A stretch of 64,000 nucleotides of DNA from contig NC_067403.1 of NCBI RefSeq assembly GCF_016432865.1, positions 245,334,001 to 245,398,000 of the forward strand, given 5' to 3'. The position numbers and the translations under genes are program-made. Positions within the stretch are counted from its first letter, which is position 1. Each line of letters opens with the position of its first letter. The stretch comes from Antechinus flavipes. Taxonomy: Eukaryota. The notes beneath the pieces were generated by a model. It saw only the letters and a program-made list of their open reading frames with translations, did not search any database and was not told the DNA's origin. Positions 37,687 through 52,678 of this stretch are shown here, in pieces.

Positions 37687-38060
37687 GGTAGGTGAAAAGC
37701 TTGATCTGCTTTTTTCAGGAAAGAACATGGTTCCCCAGAATTTGCATTCTGAGCTAGGACTGGAAGCTGCTTCTTTGAAATGCTCCTCTTCTGAGCCAGG
37801 ACCAAAAGTCTCAGTCACTGATCTATTGTGATTAAGACCCTCTCACCAGCTTTCTCAGAGTCAGTCTGAGCTCAGCTGAACATCCTTTTCACTCCAGGGA
37901 CACTGATGTTTCTTGAATTTTTTCACATCTATTTTGAAAGTGATTTCATTCTATCAGATTCCATTCAGAGGCTTGATTTTATGTATTTTTTCAAGAAAAA
38001 CTGGGAGAGCTCAAGAAGCTTCCTGTTTTTACTCCAGCAACTTGCCTCTACTTCTGGAAG
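34300..38060 (-). mobile_element. Old antisense L1, longer paralog of 19380-21300
   Basis: Collinear with 19380-21300 but keeps an extra segment of about 1.77 kb (35875-37645). Boundaries approximate. Confidence 0.75.
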
Positions 38061-39113
38061 TAATCTATATATAGCATCTTTATCTCTCTCTCTCTTAATT
38101 TCTAAGACAACATTGAATATTATGATAAAGCAGAAGCAATAGCAATTAAACAAATCAGATTTTATTTCATAAGGAATTAAAATCAGAAATAGACCAGTGT
38201 TAAAGTATATGAAATTAATTGTCTATATTCAACCATCCAAAGCAAAAAAAAAAAAAAAAAAAAAAGGAAAAGAATTTGAAGTTTTAACGTAAAGAGCAAA
38301 ATCAGGAATCCCAATGTCTCAGTCATTTGATGAAATGACCTCAATAACTGAATGTGACTTTATGAAAATAAATATGTCTTAAGCAATTAAATAACTGAAT
38401 TGATAAAATCTTATGTATGTAATAGTAAATTTAGAAAAAGTAAAATTAGAAAAGGGTGAACATGACAGGATATATTCATGATGGTAAATTGACAAAAAAA
38501 AAATGCTGGAATTAGTTGCCAATGGAATACAATATAGATGACCTGGACAGAAAGAGAAAAAAAAAAAAAACTGATATATTTAGAGAGTTCAGCTCCTGGT
38601 AGAGAGCCATCATATATTAGTGTTGAAGAATTTCAATTTTCATTTGCATATGTTGACATTCCCTCCCACTTCTCTTTTTCCTTCCCTCCCTCTCCCTTTC
38701 TCTCTTCCTTTCCCTGTCTTTTCCTTCTTCCCTCCCTAATGTTCCCTAATGTCCCTTCCCTTCCCTAATGTTTCATTAAGTAGTGGGATGCTATAGAAGA
38801 GACAAATTGGTCCATGATAAGGGTTGCATTTTTCTAAATATTTGCTTTGAAAAAGTGAAGAGAATGAATGATTAATTCTTCCAATTATGATAGTGAATAG
38901 TTACAAAACAGGCTACTACTTGATAATTTCTTATCTTCCCATAATAGTGTAGAGCAAGAAATGGAAAATATCATTGCTTTCATTTTACAAATGAACAGTA
39001 AGGAAAACAGTACTGTATCCTTACAATAAAGAGACAAGTCTCATTCTATCTAAGGCCTCAATATAATCCCTTGACTCAAAACTCAGGACTGTTTTCCCTT
39101 ATAAAATCCTGCC

Positions 39114-39223
39114 TCATTAAAAGATGATTTGATGATTGGACTTTAAGCCAAAAGACCTTTTCTCTCATTAAAAAGAAAGAATAGAAAAGAAAATGACCTG
39201 GGAGAGGTGTTATCCCCAGAGAG
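39114..39223 (+). promoter_or_regulatory. Putative OR promoter cassette for copy 4
   Basis: TCATTA twice, CCTGGGAGA and TCCCCAGAGAG; donor AAG/GTAAGT at 39662. Confidence 0.6.
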
Positions 39224-41260
39224 CTAAAAAGGGCAAGAATCATTTCTACTAACGAAGAGCTCAATGATTTCAGCCAAAATTTATATTTACAAAGAATCTT
39301 GGTCTATTTTACAGAATTTGTTGGTGGATTTGGTGCATTGTAATATTTAAGGGAGAAGAATCATAGGCTCATAAAAAGGGCATTGAACTTGTAGGCATGA
39401 AAACCTCAGGTTGAAATCTTCTCTTTAGCACTTTACAACTATGTAATTTTGAGCAAGGTCATTCATATGGAATCTCGGTTTCTTCAGTTTCTTCATCTGT
39501 AAAATCAGAATACTTGTGGTACCTATATTATACTGCTGGTACATTAATGTTCACAAAGTTTTGAAAGGATTTGAATGTACTTTATTATGTACTTATATTA
39601 TTTCCCTTATCATTATTGAAAAAGCAAGGAGTTGAATAATATTTCATTCTATCTGAGAAAGGTAAGTTTGAACTCTTTTGCTACCTTGCCTTCAGTTTCT
39701 TTGATCTGAAAAGGATTATTATCTTTGATCTTTGTGATAATTTTGAATTTTATGAACATAATAAGCAATAGAGATTGAGCAAACAGATTATCCAAAGAAC
39801 AAAGATTCAATTTTTAGAATATACGCTGAGCTTTATGCCTGGCAAGATGTATGTGGGAGATTTTTCATTCTTCACCAGTAATGAATAAAAAAAAATGTAT
39901 CTAGCTATATCTACAATTCATATTTTTTCTATTGTAACATGTTTCCACAATGAATAATCCAAGGTAGCTGGAGAGGAAGTATATTGGGCACAGGTGTCAG
40001 TCTTCTTGGCACCTATCATTCTAAGAGAACTTACAACCCTCCATATACTATTTCATTACTACCATGTAATGCTTATGAATGGGCATATCTTAATTGATGA
40101 TCATTTTTAAACATACAAAATATTATATTTTTCCAACTTATCTTATTTTTCCAGTGAAAAGATGTCAGATGAACATTGCAATGGGAATGAGCTAAAAAAT
40201 ATTACATTATTAAGTATGAAAGAAGAATAGAATTTGACAAATTAAAAGATACTAAAATGGACTAAAAACTGGTCATTATTTAATGAATCTCTAAATCTTG
40301 AATTTAAGGCATCAATTAACTGGGGAGGTATTTTAGATAAAACCTATAGCTGAAGATATGTGATAGAGGAAATGAAATCTACCTAACAAACTTTATTGAG
40401 CAGTTACTATGTGGAGACACAGTTCAAGAGATACAGAAGGGTATAAGACATGACTTGCAATTTAGATGCTTAGAACACAGTAGGAGACATAAAATATACA
40501 TGTGGATAAGAACACTGCAGTTAAGCAGATGCCATTTGCTAATTGACCAGTGCTTGGTATAGATCCTGTAATATGATCATTCAAGAAAGCAAATGATTAT
40601 AAAAGTTAATGATGGAGGGAAGACAGAAGAGTACAAGAAATAACCTGGCCTTTAAGAGTAAATGGATGTTACAGGCTAAAGAGATTGGGGAAAGCTTTGT
40701 AATGGGAAAATAATTATATGAGTAAAGATGGGCAGACTGATATGTTCAGCACAAGAAGGAATTCATTGTTGTAATGAGTTATGTTTTTCTTTCTTTTTTT
40801 TTTTTTTACTCTTTTATATCTAATACAAAAACTAAAATCCCTCCTGTTAGGAGATTGTCATTTTCTAAAAATAATATATATATATATATATACTATGATG
40901 TTGTATTTTTCTTGTTGATAATAGAATTAAGAATGGTTTTACAATTTTGCCAGATGTCTTTATCTGATTGTATATTTCCAACAAAATATGCAAGAAACAC
41001 AGTCATAGCATTGATTAGGATTTTAGTAGACAAACAGTATTTATAATCACGAAGTAATTTTGTCCCCCAAATTTAAAAAGTTTTGAAAAATATAATATAT
41101 AAAATATATCATATAAAACATACTAAACTTAATATATTGAATATCAGAGGAATATTTGTAGTCATAAGACCAAACCTTTTCTTCTCTGTTAAAAAGCATA
41201 AAAATAAAGTGATTTGCTGGTTCTCAATTCATTTTTTTTTTCCTTTAGGCAGCAAACCCA

Positions 41261-42184
41261 ATGGCAAAGGAAAATCTCACAGTTGTGGAGGAATTCATTC
41301 TCCTGGGATTTTCTGATCTTCCCAACCTCCAAGGGTTTCTTTTTGGCATTTTCTCTGTCATCTACCTAAGTATATTGATAGGAAATGGCCTCCTCATTGT
41401 CATAACCAAGATTGATCCAAATCTCCAAACACCAATGTATTTTTTCTTGGGAAACTTTTCCTTCTTGGAAATCTGTTACACATCAGTCACTCTGCCCAGA
41501 ATGCTGGCAGATCTCTGGACCCAGAAGAGAACTATTTCATTCCTACATTGTGCTGTACAAACATGTTTCCTTTATATTCTGGGAGCAGCGGAGTGTTTGC
41601 TCCTGGCAGTGATGGCATATGATCGTTATGTGGCCATTTGTAAACCTCTCTACTATCCTCTCATCATGAATCACCGAGTATGCATCCAAATGGTTGTGGT
41701 GTCCTGGGTTATTGGAGTCCCAGTATTGGTAGAGGAGACCTATCTGATTTTCTCTCTGAATTTTTGTGGCCCTAACAAACTTAATCATATATTCTGTGAA
41801 GCTCCACCATTATTAGAGTTGGCCTGTGGAGACACATATAAGATTGTAGTCTCTGTCCAAGTTATTGCATTGCTATTTGTCATAACTCCCTTTCTGTTGA
41901 TACTCACATCCTATGTCAAAATCATAACTACCATTGTGAGATTGCCCTCAACCTCAGGGAGATCCAAAGCCTTTTCAACATGTTCCTCACATCTCATGGT
42001 TGTAGGCTTATTCTATGGGTCTGGAAGTATTGTGTATTTGCAGCCAAAATCTAGGCAATCAGCAGGATCAGGCAAAGTGCTTGCTCTTTTCTACACCACT
42101 GTGACCCCTGTATTCAATCCTTTGATATACAGTCTGAGAAATAAGGATGTCATTGCTGCACTGAGAAAACTGCTTCCTAAATGA
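41261..42184 (+). CDS. OR10AG1-like olfactory receptor, copy 4, 307 aa
   Basis: Intact ORF with OR motifs; acceptor AG at 41247-41248. Confidence 0.95.
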   Translation: MAKENLTVVEEFILLGFSDLPNLQGFLFGIFSVIYLSILIGNGLLIVITKIDPNLQTPMYFFLGNFSFLEICYTSVTLPRMLADLWTQKRTISFLHCAVQTCFLYILGAAECLLLAVMAYDRYVAICKPLYYPLIMNHRVCIQMVVVSWVIGVPVLVEETYLIFSLNFCGPNKLNHIFCEAPPLLELACGDTYKIVVSVQVIALLFVITPFLLILTSYVKIITTIVRLPSTSGRSKAFSTCSSHLMVVGLFYGSGSIVYLQPKSRQSAGSGKVLALFYTTVTPVFNPLIYSLRNKDVIAALRKLLPK

Positions 42185-45100
42185 ATTAGGTCATGGGACC
42201 TTGAGTAAAATATATAAACTTTGTTTTTGTTTTATTCTATTTCACAATCTCTATTAAATAACACATTTGCTTGTTTTTACATTTCATTGAAGTGTACATA
42301 AATGGAGGCAATCAAGAAACTGTATTTGAAAATAAAGAAAATATCTGCTTAATGTTTCTACTTCCTTTTTTTTTAGATTGTGAAAGAGCTGAACCAGAAA
42401 ATTGTTACGTCTTAAATAGTTTCAAATATCAACAAACACTTAGAATGCAATCATACCATGATTTTTACTTATGTCCAATATTATGTGAACTCACCTCTTT
42501 AAAAAAAATGTCAATTTAAATATGATTGAAAAGAGGGAGAGGAAGGAAAACAAAGAGAGAGAGAGAGAGAGAGATCTAAACAGATATGTAGACAGAGACA
42601 AAGAATGACAAGTAAATAAAGAAACCAAAATCAAAAAACTTATATAGAAAAAATGGATATAGAGGAAAAAATATATATACAATTAATTTGCTTTCAAGGA
42701 TAAATTACATATCTTGAAGATTTTAAAATTTCATTTTCCTTTATGCTAGGAAAATTATATTTTGATTATTAGATGAATTTTGCATTTTAGAAAAAGCTGT
42801 GTATATTCATTTAAACCGCTGTCTTTCTGTATGTCTTTAAAAATTCTGAAATAATAGATAGGTTTTCTACTTCCAATTGCATTTAGGATCTCCTGGCAGT
42901 CTACCACATAGAGAAGACATAAATTTAATGAAGAATCTTCTTTTTATATAAATATCAAGAAATAAGTTTGTGACACTGTGGTTATGCTCAATAGTATGTC
43001 TATTTTTTTATTTTTATGATGCAAATTAATGGAATATTAAATTCATAATATACTTTGATTACAATTTTTACTGAAAAATAATTCTTTCACAAGAATTGAG
43101 GACAAGATTGTTTACAAAAGTTTTATTAAAACATATTCCCTTTGTCATTGCAGTAGAGTTCACAGTTCATTTTATTCCAAAGCAAAAGAAACCTCTTTTG
43201 GATATTCAATTTGTAATGAAACATTTTCTTTACATTGATTTTAAAATTGTCTCTTTGCAATTCTAAACTTTTCCTTATTCATTGTTCCCACATGTGTCAA
43301 GTGGAAAGTGTCTGATTCTACTCCCTCATAGCAAGACTTTCAATTCACTTTTCCTTTTAGTCTTCTCTATATTAGCCACTCCAGTTTATTGAATTGAAAC
43401 TGATATTGTTTCTTGAAATACTGAATTATCCTTTTCACCTTCTTCTGAGTGTTTATTAGATTACTAAAGATTTTTCTCAAAAGTGGAATACAGAATGCAA
43501 CATCAGTTTCCAGTAGTGGTCTCACAGAGTATATACTGAAAAATGAGTTCTCTAATTTTGTGTTCTCTGGCACATTTCATGCAGTCAAAATTTTTAGTAG
43601 TTTTTATTGCTATTATATTTCTTTACTGACACTGCTTTTGCAAACAACAATCCACTCAGCTGTGTTTATCTCTATTTCTTAAAGTAAGTTGATATCTAGT
43701 CACAGCTCGAAAAATCTTATCAATATTATACTTAAAAGAGATACTTGAATGAAAGTACAAGATTTAAATATAAACTTTAAATTGCTTTTATTATTGGCCT
43801 AAATTCTAGTTTGAATGTCATTTTTTTCTCTTTCAATCTGCTGATATAATCTTCTATATTTTGGCCTTTTGATTATTCACTCATTTTGAACTAGAAGGTG
43901 AGGTGATTGGTGTCCTTCAACATGTGAGATCTTCTGTATAGTTTTGTTTTATTTTGGCATATAATCAAAATAAAGTACACCTATGATTTTCATTTTGTCC
44001 TTAAGTGGTATGAAATAGTTTAGGAAAGATGAAAGATTATTTTATAAATTCATTTTGGTACAATACTCTCTCTTTCAATATGTCTCTAACTCTCTGCCTC
44101 ACTATCCCTCTCTATCTCTCTTTTTCTCTGTCTTGTATGAGAATTTTTTTTTTTGCAAATTTAATAACAAAATTTTATATTACATTTGGAATGGTGGAGG
44201 CAATTCACATATTTAAAAATATATTTTCTCCATTGCCTTCTTGAGACTGCTACATTATTGTGATTTTTAAATTTACTTTTTTGTAAGCTTTTTGCATATT
44301 GAAATCTTAGTGCTTTTTTTTTCTTATTTTTGAGGGTTTTTTTTTCCTATCTATTGGTTGTTGAGTATGTGAATTTTATTTTGAGAATGACTTATAAGAA
44401 TATTCATGTCTTTGTTTCCCTAATGTAAGGCAGGAGCTAATATCTAGTTTAATAATGCTTTTAAACATGTCATTTTGACTTTCATACAGTGTGTTCTTTT
44501 TGTACCAAGACTGGGGATATTTAATAGAATAATATAGTAACTCAGGAATTTCATTCTGGGACATAAATATTAGGAGAGATATCATACTATACTCTTTAAC
44601 AATTTTTTAAAAAATTATCAAATATGTATTCTAGAATCTGATATAGTTAATTTCAAGCAATATATAACCAACTCAATTTCTATCAAAGACAAACAATTAT
44701 GCATATAGTATCTCTGCAGTCCAACTTTACTCCCACCAGTCACTGCTTCCCAAGTCTATTTTCCCCAAACTTTGCCACTTATTGCTGATCTACTGTGCCT
44801 CACTGGATCTTCTTCAAATGTTCTCTCCATTAGATTTATTCATTTCCACTAACCCTCCATAGAAATCTTTTTTTTTCCCTAAACACTTTTTATCAAGTGA
44901 CTATCTGCATTTTATAATTTTAAAACTTCTTATTCATTTAAAGAACATAAATTTTGTAATATATTTTCATATAATCACTAATCCATTACTCTTATTATTT
45001 ATTATAGAATTATTCTATGTTCTATATTATTATTCTATAAGAAATGATGAGCAGATAAAAAAAATAAAAATCTTGTAAAGACTTATATTCACTGTTGTTG

Positions 45101-46207
45101 AGTGAAATGAGCAAAACCAAGGGGACATTGTGTGGAATGACAATGACATTATATGATCAATTTTGATTGACTAGCTCTTCTAAGCAAAAGACTGATCTGA
45201 GACAATTCCAAAAGACTTGTTATGAAAAATGTCATCGATATCCACAGAAAGAAATATGAAGTCTGAATGCAGATCCAAGAACACTATTTTCACATTTTTA
45301 TTTTTTTTTATTAATCATTTTTTTTCTCATGTTCTGATTCTTGCTTCAGAACATTATGATTTGGAAATATGTTTAATATGATGATTATATATGTATCGCC
45401 TAATTTGGAACTCAAAATCTTACAAAAATCACTGTGGAATATGATTAGATATGGCTCTTTTCAACAATGAAGTGATTCAGGCCAATTCCAATAGATTGGT
45501 GATGAAGAAAGCCATCTGCATCCATAGAAAGGACTGGAGACAGTATGGATCACAACATAGTATTTTCACCTTTTTTGTTGTAATTTTTTTTTCCTTTTTG
45601 AACTGGTTTCTCTTGTGCAGCATCATAAATGTGGAAATATGTATAGAAGAATTGATTAACATATATTGGATTACTTGCTGTCTAAAGGAGTTGGTGAGGG
45701 AAAGGGAGAGGGAAATTTTTGAACACAAGGTTTTGAAAGGGTGAATATTGAAAATTATCTTTGCATATATTTTTATTGTAAATTCTTGGAAGCATTTTGA
45801 AAATAAAAGAGGTATTGTTAGAAAGTAAAATAAATTCATTATCTCTGCATTAAAGAAATCAATGTTGAAAATTGTCTTTTCATGTAATTGGGAAAAATAC
45901 TATTAAATGTAAAAAAAAATCTTGAGATCTTGGCTAGACTCTGTCAATCATGTATCCTTTTACAACAGAATTAGTCCCAGTGTAAGATCAGAATAGATAT
46001 ATTCTGAGTCACTATACAAACTAAAATAAATTGTACATGGAATCCAGGTTTAGACCTGTGAGGAAATGGATAAATGAACAAATGAATGAAGAAATGAAGG
46101 GAAAATCATATAAGTACTGTGATATGTATTGGTCATATAAATAAAAAAGAGAGAGAGAGAATCCCTACTCTCTTACAGCTCACAGTATAATTGGAGAGAG
46201 AAACACA

Positions 46208-46257
<50 letters not shown>

Positions 46258-47396
46258 AAGAGAGAAAGAGACAGAGACAGAGAGACAAACACAGAGACTG
46301 AGACAGAGAGAGACACAGATAAAGAATGACAGAGAGAGACAAAGAAAGAGACAGAGACAGAGACAAACACAGAGACTGAGACAGAGAAACAGAGAGTGAC
46401 TAACAAAAGTTTATTAACAAAATGTAATTTCCTCTCTTTTGTTTCTTTTCAATGAGTATGCTCCCTCTATGAATATCAGAAAGATTTGTCCTGCTAATAT
46501 ATACTGTTGAGCAAAACTTTTGAACTCATAGAATGTCCATGAGGCAGAGTCCAATTACTGTGGATTAAAGGAGGCCAGATTGAAAAAAAGATATTAATCA
46601 GCATGCTAAGGAATCTGTTCTTATTAAATACAAATTCAGGTACCTAGGAAACAAATTCCAATATTTACGACTTTTCAGGTCCATTATATACTTATAGCTC
46701 ATCAAAAACTTTTTGTGATAAATAGAATAGTTCAAAACAATATGTGTTAATAGAAGAAAGGATAGAGAATAGGAAGAACAGTCAAAGAAGGAAAGTGTGA
46801 GTATTTGGATGCAAATGGTAGAGTTTATGAGTAAAATATTTAAAAGTTATTATAATTATAAAAGTAATCTTTTAAAATGCAACTGCAGAGCTTCTTCTAT
46901 GAGTTTAAGGAGTTACTATAATAGATAAGACTATCTGCTTTAAGAGAAGACAGCTAGAAGGTTCAGTGGATAGATCATTCTTTTTGGATTTAGGAAAATT
47001 CATCTTCAGAAGTTGAAATTCATAACTGGACACTTACTAGCTATGTAATTCAAAAGTCACATAACCTGTTGATTCAGTTTCTCATCTATCAAATGAATTG
47101 GAAAAGGAAACAGCAAACTACTCCATGATCTCTGCCACCCCCAAAAAACAAAAACTAAATTGGGTCATGAAAAAAAGATATGATTGAAAAGAGCCAACAA
47201 GAACAACATCTGCTTTAATACTTCCTTGCAAAGGTGTTGGAAACTTGCTTGGGTGAGTGAGAGGTTCCTATATTCTTACTCCATCAAAAAGTAGTGAAAT
47301 TATTTTGATCTTATTTTTCTTTCAGTAGTTTCTAATATTCTATTTCTATAAATTCATTTCTGACAACTATTTTTTTCAACAACCATTAGCATTTAT

Positions 47397-47422
47397 TGTG
47401 TGTGTGTGTGTGTGTGTGTGTG

Positions 47423-47478
<56 letters not shown>
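47397..47478. repeat. Compound (TG)n(TA)n microsatellite
   Basis: Seen directly. Other STRs: (CA)n 6718-6748, (TCTA)n 15670-15707, (CA)n(GA)n 46203-46255, (TG)n 52636-52674. Confidence 0.95.
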
Positions 47479-47481
<3 letters not shown>

Positions 47482-49842
47482 ATTTTAGTCACCATGAGTT
47501 GCTCCTTATCCTTAGATTATGTCACCTCAATGAGTGTGATCTTTTTTATCACATCCAGATTCTCTTAATCCAGCTCTTTTGATAGAACTAAGGTAAGGGA
47601 CAATCTTACTTGCATTTACTGACATATACACTCACCTATGAAGACCCTGCTATAGTCCTTTTGATTTTTTTGTGTGTGTGTGTCTATAATTATTGCTTTA
47701 TAGTGAAATGAGAAATAAAAGTCCTATGTATTTTACAGCGATTCATTAATATGAATTTATATAAATATGAAATCTATCCAAGGACATTCTCATACCCTAA
47801 TCATCAGTTTTCCTGTCACAAATATTTTGACCCATTTCACTGAATTAATGTATTCATTAATACATCAATGTATAATATGTATATGGATATGTATTTCTTC
47901 TATTTGATTAGGGAATCTGAGGCCTATCTCTTTTCCAATAAGTATCCAATAGTTGGATACTTATAAATAAACAAAATATATATTCAATTGAATCCACTGA
48001 AATAATCTCAAATACTTCTACTCTTTGATAATAGTCTTTTAGCATTTGGGGGGATTTTTTTTTTGCATTTTATCTTTTATTTTATGTTTACATAATCTCT
48101 TATTTTATCTTAAAGTGTCAGTAGCCATATTATATCTAAAGCTATTTGCAGATGTTATTGTCCACTTTTTGGGAAATGCAATATGTGTTTAAGGGTAATT
48201 TTAATTATAAATAATTTTATTCTTCCATGGTCACTTTAGAATTTCATTTTCTCATCCACTGCTCAATCAATAGTGTCTCCATTTTAATGTGTTTTCTTCC
48301 CTAATTACCTAATTAGGGAATTCCCCTTGTCATTCAGGGGAAAAAAAATGTATGTCCAATTGACAAATGTATGTCAATAGCACTCTGGTTATATTGTTTT
48401 TAAATGTAGAATATTGAAAAAGAAACATCTATTAAAATACAGTTATCTGTAGAAATATTTTTTTAAAACATAAATTCAATTTTTTAGGTTAAGAATTTAA
48501 GACTGGATATAGCAGGCAGGCAGGATATCTAGATGATTAAGTAGATAGACAGCAGGGATGAGAGTCATGAAGACTACTCTTCCTGAATTCAAATCTACTC
48601 TCAGACATTTGCTAGTTACATAATACTGGGCAAGTCACTTAAAAATGTTTGCCTCAGTTTCTCATCTGATTTCAAAGATGAGCAAGCAGTGGGGGAGGAA
48701 ATGAAAGAAGGAAGGATGGATGGAAATAAGAAAGGAAGGAAGGAAGAAAGAAAATAATTTATTAAGAATCTACTATTTACCAAATAAGGAAATGTGTATT
48801 AAGCATTCACTATGTTCCATATATCACTGTAAATTTTATTTCACTTAATCCTCACAACAACCTTGAAATGTATGGTCTATTATTGTAAGTTTTAACTGAG
48901 AAAAATGAGGTACACATAGCTTATGTGATTTGTTGAAAGTGGCAGAACTAATCAGGTCTGTAGTCACATTTGATTTCAGGGCTTTCTTGACTCTAAGCTG
49001 TGTTCTAAAATTATAGCACCAAACTTCGTGGGGAAAAAAAAAATGACTGAACTTATTTCACAATTTTTACTGATAAAGACAGAAGGACAATTTAATTTTT
49101 TAATGAGTTATTTTGTTCTATGTTTATTCTATTCTATTATTTCCTTTAAACACATACATGTTTACTACATACTCACTGGTAAAGAAATAGGAGATTTGAG
49201 CTAGAACTGAATATTAAATTTACAATGGCAAGAATGGCATTGATATATTTGGTGGTTGAGGCTCAGTTCTAAACATGGAAGGAAACTCATAATCATCTCA
49301 CTTGACATATGAGGGAAATGAGGGACAGAGAAGGTAAATGGCATTCTAATGAAAATTTTGAGGAGAAGGTTCAGTGATGGAATTAGAAGATGTCATCTGC
49401 AACCAAGATCAAGATGGCTAGAATGTCTGTAGAATTCAACACATTGTTTAAAAAATAAAAGCTAGGGGGTTGAGCCAAATGACTACCATTTTTTCTGACC
49501 TCTTCCTACAATCCTCAGAGTAATTAGCAAATCCAGCCTCTAAATTAGTTTTGGAGGTACAGAACCCATGAATATTGGAAATATAATAAATTACCAACAG
49601 AAGGTAATTTTGAAGATTACCAAGAAAGGTCTGTTTCAATGGGGCATGAATGGAGGTGGGTCAAGCACAAGCAGGCCCAGCACAGATGTCAAATGCAGGC
49701 AGCAAATAGTCCTGAGGTTGTTTTGGGCTTGGCATGCTGGAAAATCTATAGGGAGGAATCTACAATGGTGTTGGCTCCTCTGCCCTGTCTGTAAGCCAAC
49801 ACATCAGCAAAGAAGTCATAAAACATCCAAACATGAATAGGT

Positions 49843-51170
49843 GAAACAGCAAATTATAGACACAATCAATAATTTCATCCAAGAGAATGATAATAATAAG
49901 ACAACATACCAAAATTTATATGATGTAGCCAAAGCAGTAATAGGGGGAAATTTTATCTCTAGATGCTTACTTGCTTAAAACAGAGAAAGAAAAGATCAAT
50001 GAATGGGGCTTGCAACTAAAAAAGGTAGAAAGAGAACAAATTAAAAAAACCCAATCAAATACCAAATGTGAAATTCTAAAAATAAAAAGGGTGATAATAA
50101 AATTGAAAGTAAAAAGGCTATTGAACTAATAAATAAAACTAGGAGTTGGCTTTATGAAAAAAATACAAAATTGATAAAACTTTAGTTAATTTGATTAGAA
50201 AAAGGAAAGAGGATAATCAAATTGTTAGTCTAAAAATGAAAAGGAAGATCTTTCAAACAGTGAAGAAGAAACTAAATCAATAATTAGGAATTATTTTGCC
50301 TTTATGCCAATAAATTTGATAACCTAAGTGAAATGGAGGAATATATACAAAAATATAGATTGTCAGATTAACAGAAAAGGAAATAAATTATCTAAATAGT
50401 ATCATTTTGGAAGAAGAAATAAAACAAGTTATTAATCAACTCCCTAAGAAAAAATCCCCAGGACCAAATGGATTTACATGTAAACTCTACCAAATATTTA
50501 AAGAACAATTAGCTCCAATACTATACAAAATATTTGAAAAGATAGTGAAAGGACTCCTATCAAATCCTTTTATGACACAGAAATGAAACTGATACCTAAA
50601 TCAGGTAGGAGGATAACAAAGAAAATTATAGACCAATCTCCCTAATGAATATTGATGCAAAAATCTTAAATAAAATATTATCAAAGAGATTACAGAAAGT
50701 CACCCCCAGGATAATACATCTAGTAGGATTAATACCAGGAATGTAGGGCTGGTTCAATATTAGGAAAACTATTAACATAATTGACTATATCAATAACCAA
50801 ATTAACAAAAACCATATGATTATCTCAATAGATGCAGAAAAAATATTTAATAAAATGCAACACCAATTCCTATCAAAGACATTAGAGACCAAAGGAATAA
50901 ATGGATTTTTGCTTACAATAATCAGTAACATCTATTTAAAATCAAATGTTTGTGGTAGTCCTTGTTGTTGTGACAAGAAACTGGAAACTCAATGGATGCC
51001 CATCAATTGGAGAATGGCTGAAAAAGTTAGGGTATATGAATGTATGGAATATTATTGTTCTGTAAGAAATGACCAGCAGGATGATTTCAGAGAGGCCTGG
51101 AGAGAATTACATGAACTGGTGCTAAGTGAAATGAGGAGAACCAGGTGATCATTGTACATGGCAACACGAA
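49843..51170 (+). mobile_element. Decayed L1 ORF2 fragment (post-endonuclease region into RT) joined to an ORF2 3' end
   Basis: [22 protein letters not shown] and [10 protein letters not shown] motifs, then a jump near 50945-50975 to [10 protein letters not shown]-type C-terminal sequence. Boundaries approximate. Confidence 0.85.
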
Positions 51171-51684
51171 GATTACAAAATATATCATAATGTTATATGT
51201 GTGTGTGTATGTATATATATATATATATATATAAATTTTATATAGTCAACCATCATAATCTTGCTATTATTGTGTACGGTGTTTCTTGGTTCTGCTCACT
51301 TCACTCAGTATTAGTTACAGCACATCTTTCCAGGCTTTTCTAAAATTATCCTCCATTTCATTTGTATGGAATAATAATATGCCATTATGTTCATATACCA
51401 TAATAGAATTCTCCAGTTGCAGTGTGGGCTCAAAGAACATGCACAATTTTATATCCCTTTGGGCATATTTTTAAATTGCTGTCCCAAATGGCTGGATCAA
51501 TGAAATCAGATTTTTATTAGAACTACATTACATATTTTTCCACTGGGTAGTTTTTAATTAAAATGTGAATAAATCGTTTTGTGTAAATTTATTTATTTAA
51601 TATTATAAAATTTATTTTGTTTGTTTTTTTATCATTGTTTACACACAGACAGGAATGTTATTCTTGTTGAAAAACTGTGTCCAA

Positions 51685-51834
51685 CATATTTAACATGTTT
51701 GCCATCTGGGGGAGGGGGTGGAGGGAGAGAGGGGAAAAATCGGAACAGAAGTGAGTGCAAGGGATAATGTTGTAAAAAATTACCCTGGCATGGGTTCTGT
51801 CAATAAAAAAGTTATAATTATTTAAAAAAAAAAA
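51685..51834 (+). mobile_element. Severely truncated L1 3' end (150 bp)
   Basis: Same G-rich 3' UTR as 18720-18850; 16-bp TSD GAAAAACT(G/A)TGTCCAA at 51669-51684 and 51835-51850. Confidence 0.88.
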
Positions 51835-52641
51835 GAAAAACTATGTCCAATTGTTAGAAAATATGTGAATCTGTATATATCAATTAACATTTTATTCTAC
51901 TATAAATTAAATTATGATTTATATTAATTATTACTATATATACTATCATTATATTATAATTAATAAAAACTGCACCGTTGATTTATTAATAATTTACTTG
52001 TTATATTTATTCTATAATATGTTATATTTTATATCACATGTTTATATTATATCACAATTATTACTTATATTATATTACATTACTTAGAATATGTATTACA
52101 TCAGTACATTCCATGATTTATTAACAGAAGAAGAATTTTGTGAATAAAAAGCTATGATATGTAACTGTTTTACAGATCTTAAGGAACTTTGAAAATGTTA
52201 ACTATTACCAAGATCTCTTCTATGCCAATAAATATGAACTCCTCTTGTTCCTTTCTTCCTTCAATCCTCTCAATCCGTCAACTTCCCAAAACTGACCTCT
52301 TAACTTTTACTAGTGTGTTGATTTGTTCAATGTTTCTATATGAACAAAAAATTTCGATTATAAGGTATTTGAAGTTCCTGGAAAATAAGAAATTGATCAA
52401 AAGATGATAGAGCTTTAAGTGTTGCTATAAGTTTTTTGGAGACAATAAATTAAAATTTTCAGGTTACAGAAGAATGGGAGAAAATAAGGTAGTCTTTAAA
52501 AGACTTGTCAGATTTTAATAAGCAAAGAACATTGGAAGAATAATTTTTAAAAATATCATGGGCCAAAAAGGGTTGTCTGAAAAGTATAAAGCAATAAAGG
52601 ATATACAGTTGGGACAATGTAGAGTGTCTATATACGTGTGT

Positions 52642-52678
<37 letters not shown>

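Larger units (their letters stand above)
29820..41637 (+). repeat. Segmental duplicate, copy B (mid-OR3 to mid-OR4)
   Basis: For example gtgaatcagatcttagattcatcaggaaaatatatgaa follows both OR2 and OR3, and 27000-29476 matches 38770-41260. Confidence 0.9.

Noticed and set aside
37658-37687. Long homopolymer runs (also about 19505-19557, 27402-27419, 38243-38265)
   Set aside because: No TSD-bounded retrocopy attached; lengths may be affected by sequencing error.
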